NCBI RefSeq assembly: GCF_006345805.1
Contig: NC_043004.1
Coordinates: 39,928,001 to 39,992,000, forward strand
Length of the DNA stretch: 64,000 nucleotides
Reading direction: 5' to 3'
DNA from: Octopus sinensis
Taxonomy: Eukaryota
The translations under genes were made by a program, and so were the position numbers. Each line of letters opens with the position of its first letter. Positions within the stretch are counted from its first letter, which is position 1. The notes under the pieces were generated by a model. It saw only the letters and a program-made list of their open reading frames with translations, did not search any database and was not told where the DNA came from. Of this stretch, positions 1 through 12,225 are shown one piece after another.

Positions 1-186
1 AGTCAGATGTATTGAGGTAATGAATTTGAGGTAAAACATTTTACCTTCGCCCATATAATACAATAAATGAATTAATTGCATTGCAATTCTTAGCATTTAT
101 GTATTAGCCTTCTGGGTACTTTACTGGCAGTATATTGGATAAATGATATCCCATAGTGGGTTACACTCATAACCCCTATCTCACTT

Positions 187-188
<2 letters not shown>

Positions 189-236
<48 letters not shown>
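189..236. repeat. (TA)n microsatellite
   Basis: Uninterrupted TA run; many similar TA/CA runs occur throughout the window. Confidence 0.95.
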
Positions 237-242
<6 letters not shown>

Positions 243-470
243 TAAATTAGAGACAAAACCACTATTAGGCAAATCATACAATGAAAAACTTAAGCCAATA
301 CATAAGATTATTTAATTATATTATTTAAATATATAATAAAATTATCAAAAAAATATAATTAATATAACACTACAATCGTTTCATGGCTGTTAATTTCTTT
401 AAATTTTCGAGTTACAGTCATTCATCAGGTGGTTTAAATATTTATCTTGGCGAGGTTTAAACAATGAATA
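237..470 (-). mobile_element. Penelope-like element 3' remnant ending in (TA)n
   Basis: Minus strand has CTGATGA...GAAAC followed by an AT-rich trailer that runs into the TA microsatellite. Confidence 0.5.
366..434 (-). ncRNA. Type I minimal hammerhead ribozyme motif
   Basis: Minus strand reads AACCAC-CTGATGA-ATGACTGT..ACAGCCAT-GAAA-C-GATT-G-TA-GTGTT: both conserved boxes, stem II with one mismatch, GUA cleavage triplet, partial stem I. Confidence 0.5.
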
Positions 471-2526
471 TATGTATGTATATTGCCACTGCTTCAGATC
501 ATTTAGAAGACAGAAACCTTTTACATTATTAATAACAGTAGTTAAACCAAACCAAATCAATTTTGGTCCTCAAACAAACAAACAAAAGGTTAACAGAATG
601 AGACTAAACATGACAGGCAAGAAATTTTGCAACTGAAGTAGAAGCTAAACTGTAAAAAAACAAACTCTGTTAAACAAATGGAAACAAAACAACCATCTCA
701 CCAAATACTTCAGCTGGCTCAGACACACAACCACATGCCGAGTGAGACAATGATACAGTGCTGGTCAGATAAAAAATCTAAGGTGTGTTGTTATGGTGTG
801 TACTCAGCCGTAACAGATGGAAAGTATTTCATTTAATTACTAACATGACTGATGAATGGAGAGTAGAATCATGTAAAGAAATGTAAATAATAATAATAAT
901 GGCTTCTTTTAGCTGCCAGAGAAGCAATGGATGAGGGGACATTACAAGGACAAATTACAAAAGCAGAAACATAAATCATGATAATTCTAGCAGAAGCTAA
1001 CTGCCAAAAAAAAAAAAAAATTATAGATAAAAAATCAAAAAAAATCAAATAGAAACGTAACATTACTTAGGTGCTGCAATGTGTTGCAAACCAGACAATA
1101 TGCTTGTGTGGTTAATTCTACATGCATGAGAAGAGATATATCAATTATCTAATGAAAAGGTCGCACATACAGATAGAAAGAGAGGAAGACACAAGCAAGC
1201 TCATAAATAAATATATACATACATACATACACAGTACTAATTTCAAATAAAGTAGATAAGGAAGCTACTACTACTACTGATAAAGCTCCAGCTACTATTA
1301 CTATGACATACCACACATATTTTTGACTAATCAACAACTGCAGAGCATAAGGCACTAGATGAGTGAACCAAAGAGGCCACAGTTCAATCCCAACTAGTGA
1401 CCAGATAATATTACATAATCCCAGTCAGAACAATTCAACTAATAACTAATAACTATTTGCTTTATTGTCTAGGTCTTCCCTTTCTTCTAGTTTGATTACA
1501 AGAGTGCATATCTAAGTGGGTTACTTGGGAGTCCTGTTGCTCAGCCTGCACGAAATAGCAGCCAAAGCTTCTTCAAATCATATGGTCTTAAGAAAAAGAA
1601 TGGACACAGTATATCTAGGACAACATAATAGAAAGTCTTAAAATAAGATGATATGGCCACTACTAGAATGCCTTAGATCTATATTCCAGCCAATCTAACT
1701 TTAAAAGCCTAGAACTTTGGCCAAAATCCTCCCGTCCAACATTGAGCTATGATCAAGCTAGATTACAATGATTCCTTATTTCACTCCCAGAATGGTTGGG
1801 AATTAAGATGTTTGCTTTGCAATAGTGAGTTCAAGTTTGCCATAGTAATTTTTGGTTCAGTTCCAGCATGCAGTTCCCTGGTCAATCTAGACCCCAAGTG
1901 AATGCTGGTAAACAGAAGCAAGGTGGAAACTGGCCAGAAAGAGAGAGATTGTCTTTGTTCTTGGGTAGTTGTCTTAAACCATGGCCTGGGTTAACAACAC
2001 CACCGGCTAATTGTGTGCCTTTAGCCCAGTATGATCTCTGTTTTAAACAAAGAAACCCCAATGTGAGGATAACTGCCTCTCTTGCTCTCACTAACCTCAG
2101 AGATAATGAAAAAGGTTCGTGGTCATTACCTTTTACTCTTGTCCAAGTCATTAAAAATATTGTATTCTTCAGTTTGACTTAACATAGGTCAGCAACAAAC
2201 TGAAACATCCTTCGATGGGGGAGAGAGAGAGAAAGAGAAATGGGGGCAACAGAAATATATAGTAATTATAATATTTATTCATTTATTTTATTTCATTCAG
2301 TTACAGGATTACAGCTATGTTAGGGCACCATTAGGGCACCATCATTGTGAAATTTATACATATTGTATTTATTTCAACAATATTTATCAAATAGATTTGC
2401 AACATAATGGGGAGCAACTTGGTAAAAGTTTACACCAGTAAAACAAAATACACACAAAAACAAGCTTTTGTATAAATTCCATTCACTAGATGTCACTCAC
2501 AAGGCATTGATTAATACCGTCATCAT

Positions 2527-2770
2527 CACGTAAAAAGCACCAATCCAATCATGGCTGTTGCTAGCCTCGCCTGGCACCTGTGCCGGTGGCACGTAAAAAG
2601 CGCCCACTACACTCACGGAGTGGTTGGCATTAGGAAGGGCATCCAGCTGTAGAAACTCTGCCAGATCAAGACTGGAGCCTAGTGCAACCTTCTGGCTTCC
2701 CAAATCCCCGGTCGAACCGTCCAACCCATGCCAGCATGGAGAACGGACGTTAAATGATGATGATGATGAT
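2527..2770 (+). mobile_element. Family C element (RTE-tail retroposon)
   Basis: GGCACGTAAAAAGC units, AGGAAGGGCATCCAGCTGTAG core, TCCAACCCATGCCAGCATGG end, (GAT)n tail. Confidence 0.85.
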
Positions 2771-4461
2771 CATAATCCTCATAATCATCATTTAATGTAC
2801 ATTTTACATGATAATATAAGTCGGACAGTTGGACAGGATCCAGTGGGCTGCATTTTGCTACATGTCAGCTTTGGTTTCTCCAGCAGTATGCTCTTCCTAA
2901 TGCCAACCACCTTGCAGTGTATATCAAGTGGTTTTTTCTTGCTGCTAGTGCTGGTCAGACTGCCAAGTACCCTGTGGCCAGAAAAGGAAGATATGTGTCT
3001 TAAGTGCTGTGCAGAGGGACAGAACCCGAAACTATATGATTGAGAGGTGAACTTATTATCTATAAAGCTATGCTTGATGGAAATTTTATTAAACCTTTTT
3101 TTAGGGGGAGACAGTATAAAACACACTCTCCCTAAACCATGACCACCATCACCACAACCAGTTCAACATTTGGTTTTTCACTCAAGAGCTAGAATACTTG
3201 CTTTGGTAATTTCTTGTAGTCAAACTTAAATAATTAAACTCTTAGAAACAGGAAGTAAGAGTCTACATGAAATTTGTTATCTTGCCAAATTCTTTTATTG
3301 AGCATCGATTTGAAATTATTCTAGAGAAGAAGAAAAATATCTGTATAAAAAAAACTGAGAAAGTGAAAAACACCACTGCACTAATAAATAAAAGAAACCA
3401 CAAGTGCAAGTATGTAAATCAATGATAGGTTAGTGACTGAATATCTGCCAATTACTTGAATAGAGCTTCTTTTTTTTTTTTTCTGTTTCTCTCTCTCCCA
3501 CAGAAGTAGTTGAAAATATTGGTTAGAGGGAAATGAAGGTTCCTTTCAAATTGTGTATGTGTGTACATAATAGCAATTAGAATTTACATGAAAGAACGTC
3601 TTCGAAAGGTGGTGGTATACAATTCATTGCTTCATTGTGATGACCGACTAAATTTAGAGTATTTTTAACATTAAAATTCTATGCCAATTTATAACCTTTA
3701 CAGAATAGGGTGCCAAAATCATTTTGAAATTTCCAAGTCTTTATGAACTCAATAATTCATTTTGCACACTTTTAATCAGAAAAAGCCAGAAAAGAAAAGA
3801 AAAAAAAAAAGAAACTAAACATTGTATAAGGTCTTCAATGAAAGAACATAACAGCAAAGGAGAATGCTTGCCAAACAAGAGAGAAAGTAAGGCAGGGGTG
3901 AGAAAAACAAGATACAACATACCTACACATCCAAATATTTCACTATTAAGACAATATACTACATCTCTTACTTTCTGAATATAGAAACTGCAGTAGGACT
4001 GAAACTTTAATTAGAAAGACTTCAGTTTTGTTCATTGATTACAGAAGTTATTGAATTATATCAGTTAAGTCAACTGTAAACTGAAATTATTAATAAAACT
4101 TGTCAAGTCTTCCAAAAACAGAAAATAGTAGGAAATATTGATTTTTGGTAGTGTTTTAAGAATAGCTAAAACAGGTGCATCATTATCAACTAATAATTCA
4201 GATGTTTCTATTGCGTATCATTAATCATCCGTCAAGGAATGACTGCATCAAGATAAATAACCTTTAACATTCCTTCCAGCCCACTCTTTTTTCATACATT
4301 ACATATCAGAAGCAAGTGCGTACCAGTGCTGACCAACTTGACACCAATGATTAAGAATGAATTATTATTTTAGTCAAACCATCAAAGAAAACTGCTTTTA
4401 TGTGGTCACTTGCCTCTCTGGAAGGCGTAGTCAAATTCCATCAGTTAAATAAAACACCTGC

Positions 4462-4553
4462 ACATTTGCAGATGGGATACCCTATCATATACATCAGTTC
4501 AATCAGATGGGACATTTGCAGACGGGACACCCTATCATATACTTCAGTTCAAT
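4462..4553. repeat. Local tandem duplication, period 50 bp
   Basis: 4462-4503 and 4512-4553 match at 39 of 42 positions. Confidence 0.85.
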
Positions 4554-4770
4554 AAGTGAACCAAACAATAATAGTTGTCTGAAATCTGCATCAACAAAAA
4601 TTAACTGAAGACAAAAAAAAAAGTGTTTTAGTGTCCTTTCACCTTGAATCTGATTTTCTTTATGATACAGAAAAATCTGTCTGAAAGTTTTCTTCAAAAT
4701 TACATGCTTAATACCTTAACAGCATAACGATGAGAAAGAATACTGTTATATTTTGGGATTTATTTTTTAT

Positions 4771-5046
4771 TCTTTTAGTTGTTTCAGTCATTCGACTGTG
4801 GCCATGATGGAGCTTTGCCTTTAGTTGAACAAATCAACCCCAGGACTCATTTTTTGTAAGCCTAGTACTTATTCTATGGGTCTCTTTTGCTGAACTGCTA
4901 AGTTACGGGGACGTAAACACACACACAAACATATATATGACAGGCTTCTTTCAGTTTCCATCTACCAAATCCACTCATAAGGCTTTGGTTGGCCCGAGGC
5001 TATAGTAGAAGACACATGCCAAAGGTTCCACACAGTGGAACTGCAC
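4771..5046 (-). mobile_element. Family A SINE (CORE-type, tRNA head), 5'-truncated
   Basis: Matches the family A tail and body (TTGTTTCAGTCATT..ACTGTGGCCATG; CTACCAAATCCACTCA). Confidence 0.8.
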
Positions 5047-5221
5047 ACTATACATTCACCCATGATGGATTAGGCAGAGCAAAAAGATACACATAAATGG
5101 AAAGGGTCACTGAAGAGGTCACAGATGTGTGACAAAAGACTCCAGAGAATGGACATAAAATAAAATAAGAACAATAATAAATGAGTGATGACGGAATATA
5201 TAGAGCATGTGTTGTTTATTT

Positions 5222-5545
5222 GGGTTCAGTCTCACTGCATGACACCTTGGGCAAGTGTCTTCTATAGCTCCAGATTGATCAATACCATGTAAGTGAATTT
5301 GGCAGATGGAAACTGCAGATGCCTGTCATACAAATATAGGTGTGTGTATCCACTACTACATGATAACCAGTATTGGTTTGTTTACATCCCCCAAACTTGA
5401 CAGTCCAGCAAGAGCCCAACAGAATAAGTACCAGACTTACTAAAAGAAAATATATTGGGATTGACTTGTTCAACTATATATTCTTCAAGGTTGTGCCCCA
5501 GCATGGATGCAGCCCAATGACTGAAACAAGTAAAGGATAAAAAGT
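5222..5545 (+). mobile_element. Family A SINE, diverged
   Basis: GGGTTCAGTC B-box, CCTTGGGCAAGTG CORE-like motif, GACTGAAACAAGTAAA tail. Confidence 0.75.
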
Positions 5546-6208
5546 AAATTATATAAATGAGACAGTTAAAGAGCCTCTATACAGATGCTCAGATTGCTAG
5601 TAAAATAAATAGGTTAGGTAAGGCTTGAACATCTGATCATTGTATCTGCTCTATGAGGACTACCTAGGGTTAAACAACAAAAACAACACCACTAGTGTAC
5701 AAAGTTATATTTTATTAAAAATCTTCTGAAATCTTGATTTCAAACGAAACTAAGTGAAACACTTAAGTCTACTTATTAGAAATACAGTAATAAAAGGCTT
5801 AATTAAACTAAAAGAAAAAGAAATAAAATAGAAGAAAGAATGATATGGTAATGGCTGATTGATCTTCAGGCTTCAATAGTTTACAGTCGTGGAGTTTGAA
5901 ATTTTACCAACGTTTAATCAATATTTCAAACTTTGCCACTGACCCAAGATTAATCAACTAAGTACCATACATAGTTAAATATGGCAGAAACTTCAGATAA
6001 TTAAAAGAAAAAAGTTTAATTAATTAAATACTAGACACCGGATTTCAAAACAAAAATGATGGGTGAGCTGAGGTGCTTTGTAGGTATGTAACCGAATATT
6101 CTTCAGTCTCGATACTGCTGATGTCGCTGAAGGGAAGGACATGTTCCAATGCAGCTTGGCACCAAAACAACTTCTGATTTCCTTCAGAACTCTAGCTCCA
6201 ACAGTCAA

Positions 6209-6647
6209 CCCTTTTGTTATATTTCTGAAGACATACAATGCCTCTGTTTTAAACAGCGTTTAAAATAATGATGAATTTATCAGAATAACATTGTCATTAT
6301 TAAGATGGTGTCTGGAAGAAATTAACAATATAATTTTGATAACGTTTTAATTTAGAGCACTTTAACTCTTTAGTATTTAAACCGGCCATATCCAGCCAAA
6401 ATAGTTAATCTGTTTTATGTTCAAACTGACCAGATCCAGGCTCTCACACCTACCCTACAATGTTATTCTACATTAAGTAATTACACCATCAAGATCTTGA
6501 AGATATGAGATAATGCATGATTAATTCAAATCAATGTGAATCAATAAGCATTATGTTTGATTGAATAATCTGAACACAAAAGGGTTAAAACAAGAAGTTT
6601 ATAACACAGAACAAGTGGCAGTCACAAGCAGATTTGTATCAAAAGTG
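6209..6647. mobile_element. piggyBac-like MITE F, interrupted by MITE E
   Basis: CCCTTTTG start and AAAAGTG end, flanked by TCAA and TTAA; body resembles 29559-29778. Confidence 0.6.
6366..6584 (+). mobile_element. piggyBac-like MITE E
   Basis: TTAA on both sides (6362-6365, 6585-6588), CTCTTT/AAAGGG termini; homologous to 51706-51925, 53836-54641 and 63287-63460. Confidence 0.75.
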
Positions 6648-7319
6648 TTAAATCAAGCCCAGTATATGACAAATATTGGCACTTTATTTTAGTGAGAGGG
6701 GAATGTAAAAAGCTTGAATAAACAGCAAAAGACATTTGTGTCTGACATCTAAGATTCTGCCATCAACTGCTCTGAGCTAAAGTGTTAAGTGGCTTCAAAT
6801 ACTGAGTTGGGAAATTACTGAAGTTAAATTTCAATGTCTCAAATCCAAGTATAGATAAACTACCCAGCTATAGATAGAAATAAGACCTGATTCTTACCAA
6901 ACAGGCAGAAACACTGGGCTGTGTCTAACCATGTCGAGGCTAAGCTAAAAAGCTACAACACAAACATAAGAGTTATTGCCAGTTTTTATTAAAGATAGAA
7001 AGCTCATCAAATAGAGTTTAACCAAGCTTGAAAATAAACACAACAGATCACTGGTCATCTGTATAATTTAGCTTAGAGAATTAATGATTCAAAGACAAAA
7101 GTCACACAGAAAAGTCATGGGTTCAATTTCCAGGCCAGATGACACATTGTATCCTTGGGCAAGACTCTTCATTTCATGTCACTTTAATTCACTCAGCTGA
7201 AAATGAGTATCAGTGATACCTAAGGGTTAAGCCTGTGGAAACTCATTCTGGGGAAGTGCCTTTTATTCTCAGTCACCAAGGAAACTGAAATAAGATCCTG
7301 CATAATGGGCCTTCTAGTA

Positions 7320-7748
7320 CATCATCATCATCATCATTTAGCATCCGCTTTCCATGCTAGCATGGGTTGGATGGTTCAACCGGGGTCTGGGAAGCCAGAA
7401 GGCTGCACCAGGCCCAGTCTGATCTGGCAATGTTTCTACGGCTGGATGCCCTTCCTAACGCCAACCACTCCGTGAGTGTAGTGGGTGCTTTTTATGTGCC
7501 ACCAGCGCAGGTGCCAGACAGGGCTGGCAAATGGCCACGGTCGGATGGTGCGTTTTACGTGCCACCGGCATGGGGGCCAGGCAAGGCTGGCAATGGCCAC
7601 GATCTGATGGTGCTTTTTACATGCTACCGGCATGGAGGCCCATCGGGGCGGCACTGGCAACGGCCACGTTCGGATGGTTTGCTTACGTGCGACCGGCACT
7701 GGTATCACAGCTACAATTTCCATTGATCTTGATCGATTTCGATTTTGA
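7320..7748 (-). mobile_element. Family C element with 4-5 internal units
   Basis: (CAT)n tail, family C core, repeated GGTGCTTTTTAC units, ends in a GATTTCGATTTTGAT microsatellite-like edge. Confidence 0.9.
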
Positions 7749-8069
7749 TACAATAATGCTCCCTGCATTAAATGTATGGACGCAAATATAATGACTTTGT
7801 TTTAATTACCCACAAGAAACCAGTTTCAAACCTGAAAGAATTAGTGGGGGGGGGGGATAGTAACTGTTTCTAGCATAGATGCAAGGACAGAAGTTTGGGG
7901 GAAGGAACAGCTGATTATATTGACCGCAGTAGTTGACTAGTACTTATTTTGGGAAACTTTCAAAAGGATAAAAAGGTTGACCCAGGCAAGATTTAAACTG
8001 AGAATATAAAAAGCCAAAACAAATTTTACAAAATATTTGGTGCAAAGCTCTAATAGTTTTGCCAATCCA

Positions 8070-8810
8070 TCACCATGATGGTGATAATGATAGTGGTGGT
8101 GGTATTGGAGGTGGTGGTGATAATGCTGCTGATGATGATGATTTCTCAGACTGGCCCAAAGCCACAGATAGAGAAGTATAGAAAATTGGTTATTTATTTT
8201 AGGAACCCCAGAAGGGCAAAATACAAAAGAGAGCACAGCAGGAATCAAACTTAAAATGTGAAGAGACAAAGTTGATTACAATGTATTTTTGCACAACACA
8301 CAAATGGTTCTGCTTATATGATATCCATGGTGGTGATGACAGTGAGGATGTTGATAGTAGTGATGATGGTGGTGGTGGTGATGATGATGATGATGGTGGT
8401 GGTGATGGTGGTAGTGGTGGTGTAGTGATGATGGTGATGGTGGTAGTGAAGGCGGGGAGCTGGCAGAAACGTTAGCGTGCCGGGCGAAATGCGTAGCCAT
8501 ATTTCGTCTGCCGTTACGTCCTGAGTTCAAATTCCGCCGAGGTCGACTTTGCCTTTCATCCTTTCGGGGTCGATAAATTAAGTACCAGTTACGCACTGGA
8601 GTCATTGTAATCGATTTAATCCCATTGTCTGTCCTTGTTTGTCCCCTCTATGTTTAGCCCCTTGTGGGCAATGAAGAAATAGGTGGTAGTGGTAGTGGTG
8701 GTGATGATGATGATGATGATGGTGGTGACGTCAGAGATGATGGTAGTAATAAGCATCAAGGAGTAGTGATGCTGCTGATAGTTATGAAGATGGCGATAAC
8801 AATAACAATA
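8070..8810. repeat. Compound GAT/GGT/GTA trinucleotide tracts
   Basis: Degenerate triplet runs at about 8070-8140, 8330-8448 and 8682-8810. Confidence 0.85.
8449..8681 (+). mobile_element. Family B SINE (tRNA head, Meta-like domain)
   Basis: GGCGGGGAGCTGGCAGAA head, GAGTTCAAATTCC B-box, GGTCGACTTTGCCTTTCATCCTTTCGGGGTCGATAAATTAAGTACCAG domain; GGTGGTAGTG on both flanks (within a microsatellite). Confidence 0.88.
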
Positions 8811-9543
8811 GTGTGTTGTAACAATCAGTTTTTTAACTTCATAAGCAAGTCTACTTCTGTTATCAACATAGATAGTTGGGCCAAGTTCAGAAACAATAAC
8901 AATTGTCCCCACCACCAACCCAAAGGACAATTAGATGCCACACGCGCGCGCGCGCGTGCATACACACACACAATAAATCTCAAGTACCAACTTGAAGGAA
9001 GTCGCTGCTGGATATTTTCATCACCATCACTACTATCACTACAGGCAGGAAGAACACATTGGATATGGCAGTCAGTCCTTCTCTAAGGAAAGGTGGGATG
9101 GTCAAGGATGGAATGCATTTATTCAGAGATCTGCTGAGTGAAGCCCAATCTCAGCACAAGTACAGCAGTTTGGTCAAGAAGGTCACTTCGGGAACTGTAA
9201 ACCAGGAGTTTCAGGATTCAATTTCTCGACACAGAACTTGAGCTGATGTCTTCTCTAATAGTCACAAATTGATTAATAAATCTATGGGTGTTATTTGATA
9301 GACCATCCAGCAATAGAAACCATGTATACCTTAAATGGAATGCACAAGAACAATGACGTGGTCCTCCAACTCATCGGGATGGCTTTAATTTTGAACATGA
9401 ACTGAATGGAATTGTGTCAATTCGCCCAACCCATGCCAGCAAGGAAATAAAATATTAACTCACACACACACTTCTATAAAAGTCTGTATGTGCATTTTTA
9501 CATCCTCCATCATATACCAGGAAAGGATGTAAACATTGACTTT

Positions 9544-9577
<34 letters not shown>

Positions 9578-10052
9578 AACAAAAAACAATGGTGCTCTTT
9601 GAATGATGTATACAAAATTAAAAACATTCACTTGTCTATCTCACAATCGAAAATGCAGTGAACCAATGTTTTGGCCGAATGTTGGGAATCTATAAGAAAC
9701 AATGCTACTGTTCATAAAAATTACTATCTAAAATCAAAACAACAAACATATCTCCATCACCAAACATCGTTAAACTAATTATAAACAAATAGGTTTGTAT
9801 TGTATGCATGCAAAATAAATATATGCATGTGTGTGTGTGTATTGAGTAAAAAGGAGGCAGTCAGAATTTTGGATAATCCTTTATTATTGCTTTTATTTGT
9901 TTACAAACAAGACAAATTAAAAATTTATTTTGATTTTGCCTTGACGAGTTTGTAAACAAATGAAAGCGCTAATAAAGGATTATCTAAAATTCCTCCCTTT
10001 TTTAATATACAATATCTGTGCACCACTTCAACCATTTTTTATATATATATAT

Positions 10053-10352
10053 ATCACTATGACCGACCAGGCTATCAGATGTTGCTACACATCGCTGGTC
10101 ACAATGCACTCTGCATTGTTTTAGCCTTCAAATGACGCCACCCCGCTGGCTAAGCGAGCAAGCCAACAGAAGAAAGAGAGAAAGTTGTGGCGAAAGAGTA
10201 CAACAGGGGTCGCCACCACCCCCTGCTGGAGCCTCGTGGAGCTTTAGGTGTTTTCGCTCAATAAACACTCACAACGCTCGGTCTGGGAATCAAAACCGCA
10301 ATCCTACGACCACTAGTCCGCTGCCCTAACCACTGGGCCATTGTGCCTCCAC
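10053..10352 (-). mobile_element. Modular SINE: head 2 + X domain + tail 2
   Basis: Minus strand TGGCCCAGTGGTTAGGG A-box; GAGCGAAAACACC..CGCCACAACTTTCTCTC domain shared with the 18598 and 54293 copies; tail shared with the 46606 copy. Confidence 0.8.
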
Positions 10353-10374
10353 ACACAAACACACACACATATAT

Positions 10375-10788
10375 AGGCACAGGAGTGGCTGTGTGGTAAG
10401 TAGCTTGCTTACCAACCACATGGTTCTGGGTTCAGTCCCACTGTGTGGCATCTTGGGCAAGTGTCTTCTGCTATTGCCTCGGGCCGACCAAAGCCTTGTA
10501 AAAGGATTTGGTAGACGGAAACTGAAAGAAGCCTGTCGTATATATGTATATATATATATGTATGTATGTGTGTATGCTTGTGTGTCTGTGTTTGTCCCTC
10601 TAGCATTGCTTGACAACCGATGCCGATGTGTTTACGTCCCCGTCACTTAGTGGTTCGGCAAAAGAGACAGATAGAATAAGTACTGGGCTTACAAAGAATA
10701 AGTCCCGGTGTCAATTTGCTTGACTAAAGGTGGTGCTCCAGGATGTCCGCAGTCAAATGACTGAAACAAGTAAAAGAGTAAAAGAGTA
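10375..10788 (+). mobile_element. Family A SINE, full length
   Basis: AGGCACAGGAGTGGCTGTGTGGT head, CORE-like motif, internal TA/TG microsatellite, (TAAAAGAG)n tail. Confidence 0.92.
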
Positions 10789-10922
10789 TATATATATATA
10801 TATATATCAGTCACAATGAGGATATTTAAACCTCTTATAGGTATATTAATCCAAGACACACTGGTTTAATATATTATATTTTGAAGGGATATTTCTTCAA
10901 TGACATATTACATAAAATATTG

Positions 10923-11303
10923 TAAAATATCAAACATTATTATCAAGTTAGAAACCAGAGAGATCTAATATATACAAAGTAATTTATTAATTAATCTATT
11001 ACACTTGTTTCATTTCACAAACAATGTTCAAATTAAAAAATATATTTAAATATGTAATTTTGCATTTTAAATACCTTGAATGGAAAATCATCAGGGTGTA
11101 TAAAGGATAACAAGGATTACATTAGGATACGTTTGGGATCCTCAGAATGTAAAGACATGTCTATACATTCTGTTTTGTAATTTTAATTTTGTGAAACGAA
11201 ACAACTGTAGGTGAATATGTGAATATGTTGATTAATTAATAAATTAATTAGTATCCATCAGATTTCTCTGTTTTCTAACCTGATAATAATGTTTGATATT
11301 TTA
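10923..11303. mobile_element. Inverted pair of Penelope-like terminal repeats
   Basis: 10923-11020 is an inverted homolog of 11189-11303; CTGATGA (11088-11094) and GAAAC lie on the minus strand. Confidence 0.55.
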
Positions 11304-11323
11304 TATATACATACATATATATA

Positions 11324-11365
<42 letters not shown>

Positions 11366-11390
11366 CATTCACACACACACAAATACATAC

Positions 11391-11658
11391 ATACTCTTTC
11401 ACTGGATTTCAGTCACTGAACTGAGGCAGTGTTTGAGTACCATCTTTAGGGGTTATAATTTAACTAATCATACAATCCCCAGCACTTATTTTATCATTCT
11501 CTACTTTTTAGTCACTACGTTATGGAACAACAGAAATTTCTGCCTTCTAAACTCTATTCACAAAGTATTAGCTAACATGAGACTACATGAGACATTGCCC
11601 AAAGTGTATGGCAGAGTTCAAATCCAGTGCCACAGAATCTGGAAACAATCTTCTTAAC
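11391..11658 (-). mobile_element. Family A SINE, old and degenerate
   Basis: TTTCAGTCACTGAACTG..GC tail and GACATTGCCCAAAGTG head remnants. Confidence 0.5.
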
Positions 11659-12225
11659 CGTGTGTGTGTGTGTGCAAACTATTTCAACAATGATTGATAG
11701 ATACCTCATTATCATGGCTGGTCATGGAGATAAATGTCATGATGACTTCTGATATCAGTCATGGTTCTTGTGTTATGTCATGACCCTCTCTCCTATTTCT
11801 CACTTCAGTCACCTTAAACAGATGTACATACCCCAGGTTACTGAGTCTAAGTTATACTTACATTCTTACCCACCCTCTCAGACACTCATTCCAGAAACTT
11901 TCCACTACAATCACTTTTTTTCCCATTCCTCTCTCAGGTCTACAAACAGTGTACTGTGTACAAGTCACACCAATCCCAAGCTGTTGTCACAGCAGAACCC
12001 CTTCTACAGGTGATTGGTAAGCCAGACTATCTCTCTAATCCTGGTAGCACAAAATACACACACACACAATCACATACACTACACACACAAAGTGTGTGCC
12101 AAAGTGGTTGGCAATAGGAAAGGTATCCAATCGTAAAAACCAAGCCGAATCACACATACAAGTATCAGCCCATGGTCATTTGGACAGTGATAATCCAACA
12201 TAGATCTATAGTCAACAGATACAGA

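Noticed and set aside
6094-6225. Minus-strand exon NITKGLTVGARVLKEIR..
   Set aside because: The putative acceptor lies inside MITE F and the donor is weak.
8272-8605. Poly-His and poly-Asp/Gly ORFs
   Set aside because: They are translations of GAT/GGT/CAT microsatellites; likewise at 19375-19790 and 21138-21762.
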